The notes under the pieces: model-generated
Databases searched by the model: none
Told to the model about the DNA's origin: nothing
The model's input: only the letters and a program-made list of their open reading frames with translations
Shown here: piece by piece, positions 29,511-38,838 of the stretch
Numbering within the stretch: position 1 is the stretch's first letter
Layout of the letters: each line of letters begins with the position of its first letter
NCBI GenBank assembly: GCA_963835575.1
Contig: CAWIGG010000002.1
Location: forward strand, 1,344,001-1,408,000
Reading direction: 5' to 3'
Origin: an uncultured Spirochaetota bacterium
Lineage (GTDB): Bacteria > Spirochaetota > Brevinematia > Brevinematales > JAOACQ01
DNA length: 64,000 nucleotides
Program-made: the position numbers and the translations under genes

Positions 29511-32500
29511 ATGAAAGATTTTAATTTGATCAAGGATGATTTTTACAAAAACAATTTGTTTAAAAATATTTCCAAACAGAAGGAAATACCGGTCCTCATC
29601 CTTTTTAAACACAAACAGTACAATGCAAGGATGCTCTTTGATTATAAAAAGGGAAACAATCCTTATTTAAACAGCAATAGTGAAATAATCCCGTTTTCAA
29701 ACGGTGAAAAAATACAAATATCGTTTTTTTATAAAGACATCTTTTTTACTTTTGAGACAGCTATTATTGATTCATCCGAAAGCACTTATCATATTCAGAT
29801 GCCTTCCATGATCCATACTTCATCTAAAAGAATGATCAGCCGCTATACATTCGATGAAACTGTAAATAATTCTGTTTCTTTTCCAAACCGTCCTGAATTA
29901 TTCAAGTTAATTGATATCAGTACCGGCGGTATTTCCTTTATTTCAGAGGAAAAATTTCTCCATAAAAATGAAATCGTCAGAAACATATTGATCAAAATAA
30001 ATGATGACCTTGAGGTTTATACTGACGCGGCCGTGGTACACATTAAAACGATTAAAAGCGAATTAATTTACGGATTGACTTTTCATCAGATGGATTGGCC
30101 GGCCTACAGGAAAATCTTTGCCTTTATTTTCAATAAAAAATATCCTAATTTAAAGCTTTTAAGCGAGTTTTCAAATGATGAGGTAATTCATCTCTATGAA
30201 GAATCCCGCCATATCAGCCTGAAATCGAAGGATGAAGCCGATCAATCCTTTTTTAATATAGTCCGGAACCTTGCCAAAATAAAAAACAATCCCATGCTCG
30301 CGTTCAACCTGGTGTATCAAAAAAGCGGTAAACTGCTCACGATCGGCTCCTCTATCAGAATCTATAACCGGAGTTTTTTAGGCCAGCCGCTCCTCACCGC
30401 TCCGGGCGTTACTCTCAATCCCAGGGCAAAAACCGATGTCTATATCGGATTGGCGGACTTCATACTGAGCCATCCCTATTTTAGATATTATATTACCTAT
30501 ATAATCAGGGATTATGAATGGCATCACGATATTTTTAAAAACATGAACGGATTGATCCATAACCGCGGCAAATTCATTTTTGATGAATTACAGCTATTTG
30601 AATGCGATATGGATAAGATGGAATTACCGGACCAATCCGCGGATTTTGAAGCCGAAGTTCTGGACAATCCGGAAGAATTTATCCGTTATTGCGAAGAGAA
30701 AATGCCGGTCCTGGAAGTTCAAAGTTATAACTATGATATTGATAATTTTGATCTTGAAGCGACAAGCCAGATATACCAGATCCTGGATTTTTATCTGACA
30801 AGAAGATTATGGAGGATCAAAAAAAATAACCGAACGACAGCTTTTGCCGTGGCTGAATCATTTCAGAATGATATTACAATCAATAATATAATGGATTCCT
30901 GCAAATTATATTTTATAGAAGGCATCGAGGACATTCAAGAGGTATTAAAAACCGTACTGCCGGTTGTTTCACAGTTCTACAGTCATTATCAAAAAAGAAT
31001 TTTTAATATCATGTTTAAAATACAAAAGAAAGTAATACAGCCGGTTGAACTGCCCGGATTATATAATAAAGGTCCTCTCAGCAGAGTGTTAATGAACAGG
31101 GATGGTCTCTCTCTCTATAAAAACCTGATGAAGGCTAATTTTGAGTATTACACAAAGTATTACCCTCTCAGCCATCCCCAGAAAGGGATCTGGTATATCG
31201 AAAAAATGTATCCGAATACCAGTATCGGGAATATTGCCGGGACAATAAGATTCAAAAGTAATTTTGATTTCAGCATAATAGAAAAAGCTCTTAATATTGC
31301 GATTGAAAAAAACGATGCTTTACGTCTCAGAATAACAGGAGAAGAAGGAGAACCAAAGCAGTATATAGCGGATTATCAATATAAAAGCTTTACCGTTCAT
31401 GATTTCTGTGATAAAGATAAGAGCGAACTTTATCAATGGGAAGATGAAATGACTAAAATCCCATTTGATTTAATCAATTCGGATTTATTTTATTTCGCAC
31501 TGATTAAAATCAGTCAGACCGAGGTTGGTATTTATGCAAAATTTCATCATTTAATCGCCGATGCATGGACAATTATGCTCCTGGCGGAACAGGTTTTCGG
31601 TTATTGTACCAGATTATTAAATAAAGAAGAGATATCACAGGATAATATGCCTTCTTATATTGATTATATTTTAAAAGAGGAAGAATATAAATATTCAAAA
31701 GTATTTGAGGACGATAAAAAATTCTGGAATGAGAAATTCGCATCAATTCCGGAAGGCATGCACTTTAAACCGAGAAGTACATATTTTACAAGCACAGAGG
31801 CTGTGCGAAAAACATTTATTATTCCAAGTAATTTAGCTAATAATATCTATCATTACTGCAAAAAAACCAATATCTCTGTTCAAACTCTTTTTTTGTCCAT
31901 TCTCATAGTATATATAAGCCGCGTGACTATGAAAAACGACATTTCAATCGGCACTCCTGTATTAAACCGTTCCAGCGCAAAGGACAAAGAGACCGCCGGC
32001 ATGTTCATCAGCCCCATTCCTGTCAGATTGGAAATAAAAAGTGAAATGGATTTTACCTCATTCGCTCAGTATGTACTAAAAGAATGGTATTTATATCTCA
32101 AACATCAAAAATATCCGTATGAGCTGCTTTTAAAGGAATTCCGCGACAGACACAAATTGGCTGAAAATCTGTATGATGTCACTATGTCCTATCAAAACGC
32201 AAAATTTACCGTCGGCAAATATGTGGAGGAATATACGGCACGCTGGCATCCCTATCATCACCAGCCTGAATTATTGAATATACATATTAACGACCGTGAG
32301 GATAACAATCAATTCATTATTAATATTGATTATCTTAAAGAACTCTTCACACCTTCTGAAATAGAAGAATTGTATCAACATATGTTAAATCTTATGAATG
32401 ACGCTATTGAAAACCCCGATAAAAAAACCTGCGATCTGGAGATGCTCTCTGAATCCGAAAAAAAACAGCTTTTATTTGATTTTAATAATACTGAGGCATA

Positions 32501-35500
32501 TTATCCAAAACGTAAAACAATACACCAGTTATTTGAGGAATGCGCCGATAAAAACCCGGATCATACCGCTGTGGTTTTTGAAAACCAGGAATTGACATAC
32601 CGTGAGCTGGACAACAGGGCAAATCAACTGGCGCAATATCTATTGACTGAGAATAATATTCAGCCGGAAATGCCTGTAGGGATTTTAACAGATAATTCCT
32701 TATTCCAGGTCATAGCCATCCTGGGAATATTGAAAACCGGAGGCGCTTATATTCCAATTTTTCCAGATAATCCGGAAGAACGGATAAAAATGATTGTCAA
32801 TGATTCCTCCATCAGTATTCTGGTTTCCACAAAAGCATTTATCGGAATTTTAAACTCTCTGCAGGAGGATTGCCCCTCTTTTAAAGCCTATTTATGTCTG
32901 GATGATGAAAATGATAATACTGATATACTGTCAATAAAGAAAAAATCAGTAAATAATGATAAGAAAATAAAAATTCGGCATGGACTTAAAGAGTTAAACC
33001 GGTTTAATTTTGACAGGCCTTCGGTAAAACTAAACCTTAATAATTTGGCATATATAATTTATACATCAGGCACAACCGGCAATCCGAAAGGCGTCATGAT
33101 TGAGCACAAAAGCATTTCCAGAACCATCCAGTGGAGAAGTCGGGAATACAAGCTGGGCCAGAAAGACGTTATCCTCCAGCTTTTTTCCTATTCGTTTGAC
33201 GGTTTTTTAACCAGCTTTTTTACTCCCATTATATCCGGTTCAAAAGTATTTCTTTTAAATAATTCCGAAGTCAAGGACCCCTTATGCATAAAAGAATATA
33301 TTGCCGCAAAAAAAATCACGCATTTTATCATAATACCAACTTTATTCTCGGCTCTTTTGGATTTATTGACCCGTGAAGAAACACAATATTTAAAAATTGT
33401 CACCCTCGCCGGTGAAAAAACAAATCCTTCCTTAATTAACAAATTTAAAGAAAAAAAATTCCATTTTGAATTAGTAAATGAATACGGCCCCACAGAAAAC
33501 TCAGTCGTTTCAACCATCTTAAGAAATATGCAAAGTGCGGACAATATAACAATAGGGAAACCCGTTGCAGATACTAATATTTATATTTTAAACCGTTATA
33601 ATCAATTACAGCCTATAGGATTGGCCGGAGAGTTGTGCCTGTCGGGAAAGCGCCTTGCCAGGGATTATTTAAACCGTCCAGAATTGTCAGCCGATAAATT
33701 TATTCCCAATCCGTACAGGAAGAATGAAAGACTGTATAAAACCGGAGACCAGGTACAATGGCGCAGCGATGGAAATATCGAGTATCTGGGAAGGATTGAT
33801 AACCAGGTGAAATTAAGGGGTTTCAGGATAGAATTGGAGGAAATAGAAAACCAATTGTTAAAGAATGAAAATGTTAATGAGACGGCTGTTATTGCTGTTG
33901 AAAATAATGCCGGAGAAACGTCTCTCATCGCCTATTATGTTTCAAAAAATAATATATCCGCTTCAGAATTAAGAGAATATCTATCCCTTAAACTACCCTA
34001 TTATATGATCCCGGCGAAATTTATTATGGTTGATAATATCCCGAGAACATCCAGCGGTAAAATTGATAATAAAGTACTGGAAATCTCTACGGAAACTCCA
34101 TTAAAAGAAACAAATTATGCCGCACCTGAAAATGAAACAGAAAAAATATTGGTAAAAATCTGGGAAGAAGCTCTGGGTATCGAGAAAATCGGGATAAATG
34201 ACGATTTTTTTGAATTGGGCGGCGATTCCATCAAAGCAATTCAAATCAGTTCCCGCCTTCAGGAATACGGCTTTAAATTAAGAATAAACGAAATGTTCCA
34301 GCATACTACAATTGCGGGGCTCCGGGATGAAATAAACAAATCCCAAGTAAATAAGATTGACGATAATATAATTACCGGAATTGTTGAACTGACTCCAATA
34401 CAGAAATGGTTTTTCCAGAATAAATTCAAAAATAATCATTTTAATCAATCAGTAATGATATTTAACAAAGATGGATTTCTTGATGCGCTCTTAAGAAAAC
34501 TATTCAGTAAAATGACCGAACATCATGATGCCTTACGAATGACCTATAATTACACAAAAGATACAGTCATTCAGCAGAATAGAGGCCTTGAAGAAGCAGA
34601 GTTTTTCACATTAAAACAATTTGATTTAAGAAAAGAACTTGATTTTTCAAAAAAGATCGCAGATGAAGCAAATATTATACAAACCAGTATAGACTTGACG
34701 CATGGACCTTTATTAATGGCCGGATTATTTAAAACGGTATCCGGCGATTATTTGCTTATAGTTATCCATCACCTGGTAGTTGATGGAGTTTCCTGGCGGA
34801 TATTATTGGAAGATTTCATGCGCGGTTATTCACAAGCTCTCAAAAATGAAGATATCCGATTCCAAAATAAAACAACTTCCTTTAAAGAATGGGCCGGCAG
34901 GTTAAAGGAATATTCGGAAGGGTATGAGATACTCAACGAATTAACTTACTGGAAGCAGATTGAAGAGGTTCAAGTAAGACCTCTTCCGGTAGATCATGCC
35001 GCATCGCAAAACAAATATAAGGATTCTCATTCAATAAATTTAACTTTGTCCGAAACAGAAACGAATCTACTTCTCACAAAGGTCAATAAAGCCTATCAAA
35101 CGGAAATAAACGATATATTGCTGACGGCATTAGGTTTGGCCGTAAAAGAATGGACAGGTGAAAATCTCTGCCTGTTTAATCTGGAGGGACATGGCCGTGA
35201 AGAAATATTAAAAAACCTGGATGTTACAAGAACTGTGGGCTGGTTTACTTCGATTTACCCTGTTTTGCTGAAAATGAACCTGCATGGATTATCTAAACAA
35301 ATAAAATCAGTAAAGGAAAACCTGAGGAATATTCCTAATAAAGGGATCGGTTATGGAATACTGAAGTATCTCACACCGGCAGAAAAAAAGGAAAGACTGG
35401 AATTTACAGTTATTCCTGAAATCGGCTTTCTTTTTTTAGGGGAACTCGGACAGGAAAGTTATATGAAAAATATTTATGATGTATCTCTTGTTCCCGCCAA

Positions 35501-36881
35501 GCAATCCATCAGTCCGGATTTTGACAGGCAGTCAAAATTGGAGATCGACAGTATGATTATTTCAAAGAAATTAGTATTTAACTTTAATTACAATAAAAAA
35601 GAATACGATCAAACGACTATTCAAAAATTAGTTGTTAGTTATAAAATGAATTTATTAAAAATAATCAAGCATTGTGTTTCAAAAGAGAGCCGGTTAAAAT
35701 CAATAGAAAGAGTTGATAGTCAATTAAAAATAGAGTATGTTTCAGACAAACTGTATTTCAAGAATGTTATGATAACAGGCTCGACCGGCTTACTGGGCGC
35801 TCATTTATTAAATGAATTAGTAAACACAACCGAAGCCGATATCTATTGTCTGGTACGGGGGGAAAATTTAAAAGATGCCGAAAACAGACTGGTTAAGACA
35901 TTAAAATTTTATTTTAATGATGAATTGGACAAATTATTTAATAATAGAATATTTGTATTAAATGGGGATATTACTCTGGATCGTCTGGGTTTATCTGAGG
36001 CTGATTATAATCAAATCGGCGGAAAAATAGATATTGTTTTTCATACTGCGGCCTTAGTCAAGCATTATGGACAATACACGGAATTTGTGAAGGTGAATGT
36101 ATCTGGAACAGAAAATATAGTCCGGTTTTCAAACAATTTCCATAAGAGAATAATTTATATTTCTACAACCAGGGTTTCGGGAACCTTATTAAAGCAGAAA
36201 ACCGATAACCTTCATTTTACAGAAAACGATTTCGACATCGGTCAGAATTATCAAGAAAGTGTTTATGTGAAAAGCAAATTTGAAGCGGAAAAAATAGTTG
36301 CGGATGCTGTACATACCGGCCTGCAGGCTGTTGTTATGAGAGTCGGAAATCTTACAGGCAGATTTTCGGACGGACTATTTCAACAGAATATAAAAGATAA
36401 TATGAATTATAATGTCATAAAATCCATATTGATACTGGGAGCTATCCCTGAAGAATTATCCGGAATTGACATGGAATTCACCCCAGTTGATTTATGCAGC
36501 AAAGCTATATTGAAAATATCAACAATAAAAGAATCTTATGGGAAAAAATACCATATATTCAACCATCATTACATCACAACCATTAATTTCCTGAATATGA
36601 TAAAAGAATTGAATTATAAAGTGAAAATATTAAAAAAAAGTGGCTTTCAAAATTATATCCGCGACCTTTCTCAAACCGGTGATAAAAAGGAAGAAGTCAA
36701 TTACCTGAAAAATGTTTTTGAATATGAAAAATTACTTGACGACCATTATAAAGTGCAAATTGAATCCGGAATCACACAGGAATTCCTGAAAAGAACCGGT
36801 TTTGAATGGCCTGAAGTTAACAGGGATTATATTTTAAAAATCATTCAATATATGCAGAAGACCGGTTTTTTAAAACCATGA
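29511..36881 (+). CDS. Single-module NRPS: PilZ / GNAT-like / starter-C / A / T / E / thioester reductase
   Basis: PilZ: KRMISR and DISTGG. C: YPLSHPQ..HHLIADAW. A: YTSGTTGNPKG, NEYGPTE, YKTGD, QVKLRGFRIE. T: FFELGGDSI. E: PIQKWF, HHLVVDGVSW, EGHGRE, RTVGWFT, PNKGIGYG. R: ITGSTGLLG, YVKSK. Confidence 0.92.
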   Translation: MKDFNLIKDDFYKNNLFKNISKQKEIPVLILFKHKQYNARMLFDYKKGNNPYLNSNSEIIPFSNGEKIQISFFYKDIFFTFETAIIDSSESTYHIQMPSMIHTSSKRMISRYTFDETVNNSVSFPNRPELFKLIDISTGGISFISEEKFLHKNEIVRNILIKINDDLEVYTDAAVVHIKTIKSELIYGLTFHQMDWPAYRKIFAFIFNKKYPNLKLLSEFSNDEVIHLYEESRHISLKSKDEADQSFFNIVRNLAKIKNNPMLAFNLVYQKSGKLLTIGSSIRIYNRSFLGQPLLTAPGVTLNPRAKTDVYIGLADFILSHPYFRYYITYIIRDYEWHHDIFKNMNGLIHNRGKFIFDELQLFECDMDKMELPDQSADFEAEVLDNPEEFIRYCEEKMPVLEVQSYNYDIDNFDLEATSQIYQILDFYLTRRLWRIKKNNRTTAFAVAESFQNDITINNIMDSCKLYFIEGIEDIQEVLKTVLPVVSQFYSHYQKRIFNIMFKIQKKVIQPVELPGLYNKGPLSRVLMNRDGLSLYKNLMKANFEYYTKYYPLSHPQKGIWYIEKMYPNTSIGNIAGTIRFKSNFDFSIIEKALNIAIEKNDALRLRITGEEGEPKQYIADYQYKSFTVHDFCDKDKSELYQWEDEMTKIPFDLINSDLFYFALIKISQTEVGIYAKFHHLIADAWTIMLLAEQVFGYCTRLLNKEEISQDNMPSYIDYILKEEEYKYSKVFEDDKKFWNEKFASIPEGMHFKPRSTYFTSTEAVRKTFIIPSNLANNIYHYCKKTNISVQTLFLSILIVYISRVTMKNDISIGTPVLNRSSAKDKETAGMFISPIPVRLEIKSEMDFTSFAQYVLKEWYLYLKHQKYPYELLLKEFRDRHKLAENLYDVTMSYQNAKFTVGKYVEEYTARWHPYHHQPELLNIHINDREDNNQFIINIDYLKELFTPSEIEELYQHMLNLMNDAIENPDKKTCDLEMLSESEKKQLLFDFNNTEAYYPKRKTIHQLFEECADKNPDHTAVVFENQELTYRELDNRANQLAQYLLTENNIQPEMPVGILTDNSLFQVIAILGILKTGGAYIPIFPDNPEERIKMIVNDSSISILVSTKAFIGILNSLQEDCPSFKAYLCLDDENDNTDILSIKKKSVNNDKKIKIRHGLKELNRFNFDRPSVKLNLNNLAYIIYTSGTTGNPKGVMIEHKSISRTIQWRSREYKLGQKDVILQLFSYSFDGFLTSFFTPIISGSKVFLLNNSEVKDPLCIKEYIAAKKITHFIIIPTLFSALLDLLTREETQYLKIVTLAGEKTNPSLINKFKEKKFHFELVNEYGPTENSVVSTILRNMQSADNITIGKPVADTNIYILNRYNQLQPIGLAGELCLSGKRLARDYLNRPELSADKFIPNPYRKNERLYKTGDQVQWRSDGNIEYLGRIDNQVKLRGFRIELEEIENQLLKNENVNETAVIAVENNAGETSLIAYYVSKNNISASELREYLSLKLPYYMIPAKFIMVDNIPRTSSGKIDNKVLEISTETPLKETNYAAPENETEKILVKIWEEALGIEKIGINDDFFELGGDSIKAIQISSRLQEYGFKLRINEMFQHTTIAGLRDEINKSQVNKIDDNIITGIVELTPIQKWFFQNKFKNNHFNQSVMIFNKDGFLDALLRKLFSKMTEHHDALRMTYNYTKDTVIQQNRGLEEAEFFTLKQFDLRKELDFSKKIADEANIIQTSIDLTHGPLLMAGLFKTVSGDYLLIVIHHLVVDGVSWRILLEDFMRGYSQALKNEDIRFQNKTTSFKEWAGRLKEYSEGYEILNELTYWKQIEEVQVRPLPVDHAASQNKYKDSHSINLTLSETETNLLLTKVNKAYQTEINDILLTALGLAVKEWTGENLCLFNLEGHGREEILKNLDVTRTVGWFTSIYPVLLKMNLHGLSKQIKSVKENLRNIPNKGIGYGILKYLTPAEKKERLEFTVIPEIGFLFLGELGQESYMKNIYDVSLVPAKQSISPDFDRQSKLEIDSMIISKKLVFNFNYNKKEYDQTTIQKLVVSYKMNLLKIIKHCVSKESRLKSIERVDSQLKIEYVSDKLYFKNVMITGSTGLLGAHLLNELVNTTEADIYCLVRGENLKDAENRLVKTLKFYFNDELDKLFNNRIFVLNGDITLDRLGLSEADYNQIGGKIDIVFHTAALVKHYGQYTEFVKVNVSGTENIVRFSNNFHKRIIYISTTRVSGTLLKQKTDNLHFTENDFDIGQNYQESVYVKSKFEAEKIVADAVHTGLQAVVMRVGNLTGRFSDGLFQQNIKDNMNYNVIKSILILGAIPEELSGIDMEFTPVDLCSKAILKISTIKESYGKKYHIFNHHYITTINFLNMIKELNYKVKILKKSGFQNYIRDLSQTGDKKEEVNYLKNVFEYEKLLDDHYKVQIESGITQEFLKRTGFEWPEVNRDYILKIIQYMQKTGFLKP

Positions 36882-36885
36882 GTTT

Positions 36886-38544
36886 TTAGATATGAATTTG
36901 TTTTACAAACTCTTCTGACGGTATTTTTTTCTCAAAACCAAATCCTGCCGAAATTTCGCTCAAAAGAGAAGCCGCTTCCTGAGCCGAGCCTTTTTTTAAA
37001 AGATTGAGAGTAAGTTTATGCCTTAAACGGAAAATTGCTTTAAGTTTGGAATCTCCCAGACTGATATTGAAATAAGCATTTTCATTTGAATAAGCATAGG
37101 GAATCTCGGTGACCATTTCAAAAAGCTTATAGCAATATTCCAGGGCCTTTTTGGAATTCATTGAATAGTGAGACCAATTTTCCATAATACCCTCGATTTT
37201 CCATTTCAATCGGTATTCGGGTAATGAAAGTTCGCTGACAGGTGAAATAATTAATGGGAAAAGAATATAATTTGTCATCCTGGTTTCTAGGCTGTTCAGA
37301 AATAATGCCGTATTTTTAATTGTAGCCTCATTCTCACCCGGAAATCCGACAATCAATGATAGAAATACGGCAATATTGGCTTTATCCAGAAGCTCAATCC
37401 CCGTTTTTGCGGCTGAAAGGTCCAGTTTTTTATTCATTCTCTCAAGCTGGGATTGGTCTCCGGATTCAAGCCCTATCCATGAAGTCATTAAACCGGATTC
37501 TTTTATCAGATCAATGTTATCACTGTTAATTGATGCCGCCCGCATAAATCCCGACCACATAATGGAGCATTTCAAGTCGATAAAAGCCCCGCAAAGCTCT
37601 TTAGTTCGCTGTTGATTGTATAAACAATTGTCGTCTGTCAGATATAATATATTGGGTTTATTATTTAAATTATTCCTGTTTTTTATCAGTTCAATTTCCT
37701 TTTTTATGCTTTCAACCGACCTTAAAAACAGCTTCGGATACAGGAACCAGAAGTCGCAGAACTTGCATCTATATGGACAACCGATGGAAGTGCGGATGGG
37801 AACTTTGAGCGGAAGATTTTCAACCAGGTCCCACCGTGTAATATCCTCATTATAGTCTACAGTTTCGTTTTCATGCTTTGTAAAAAAAAATATTCCGCTT
37901 TTATCCGGAATTGCAATATTAGGTATATCTGCATACTTCGCTTTTTTTCCTTTATTAAATTCATCCAGCAGGGGAAACAAACTGGAACTGCCATGAGGAG
38001 AAACAATGAGAATATCTGCGGGAATTTCATTTTTGTCGCATGGAAAAAGGACATAATTTTTGTTTTCATCAGACCAATTATTTATTTCGTCAGAGGACTG
38101 AAATTCCCCGTATATGCAGTAGCTTTTCCATAAAAATATACCGCCGATTATTATAAACACATCCGGAAGAGTTTTTCTAACATCTTTGACTAATTCAGAA
38201 AGCGTATCTTTTCTTCTTAATCATGGTCGTTGAAATGCAGCTACAGCCGCCCCTTTTTTTTGCAGTTGTTCCAGAGATTCTTTTTCAGTGTCAGACAATA
38301 GCATAGTGTCATATCCGTGTGAATGAAGGAGCCCTTCCAGATAATAGCCGGCAGAAGGGACTGTTTCCTGAAGGGTGATAAGTCTCTGAGCAGGTATTTT
38401 ATATAAGTCATATGAGTTTTTGCATAGATTAAAAAGAAGCCGGATGCTCAGTTCATCCTGATTGATCTTCGGATTAAATTCCAGATTTATATTATTCATT
38501 TTCGGATCAGAAACAGGAGCGATAATACCTATGATATTCGGCAT
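36886..38544 (-). CDS. Radical SAM protein with a B12-binding-like N-terminus; disrupted near 38220-38262 (probable sequence error)
   Basis: TSIGCPYRCKFC, TDDN, IGLESG, IVGFPGE. The N-terminal ORF has SAGYYLEGLLHSHGYD, and CISTTMI lies in an alternate frame at the break. Confidence 0.78.
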
Positions 38545-38838
38545 AATGATATTTTTCCTAATCTATATTAAAAACCATATAAGGCTAAGATCACTTTTTT
38601 AAAAATAATTAATCTTTACTATTGACATTATATTAAAAATTTATTTTTTTAGCAAAAATACCATACGTTTTTTAAACAAATTTAAAATAATTATTAAAAT
38701 CTCTAAAACCCTTGTGTTTTTTCTTGAAATGATTATAATCAATAATGGCTTTAATAAAAGATCATACCATTATTAATTTTTTTATTAGTTAATAATATTT
38801 TCCGATAAATACACTCAAATTTAAATATACAGGTATTT

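Noticed and set aside
940..38223. Stop-codon recoding (Sec/Pyl/Trp) suggested by in-frame TGA at 940 and 38221 and TAG at 5341
   Set aside because: TGA and TAG end many intact genes here (4063, 4865, 5598, 6456, 36881). The sites are not obvious Cys or catalytic positions. One lies in an IS and one in a locally garbled stretch.
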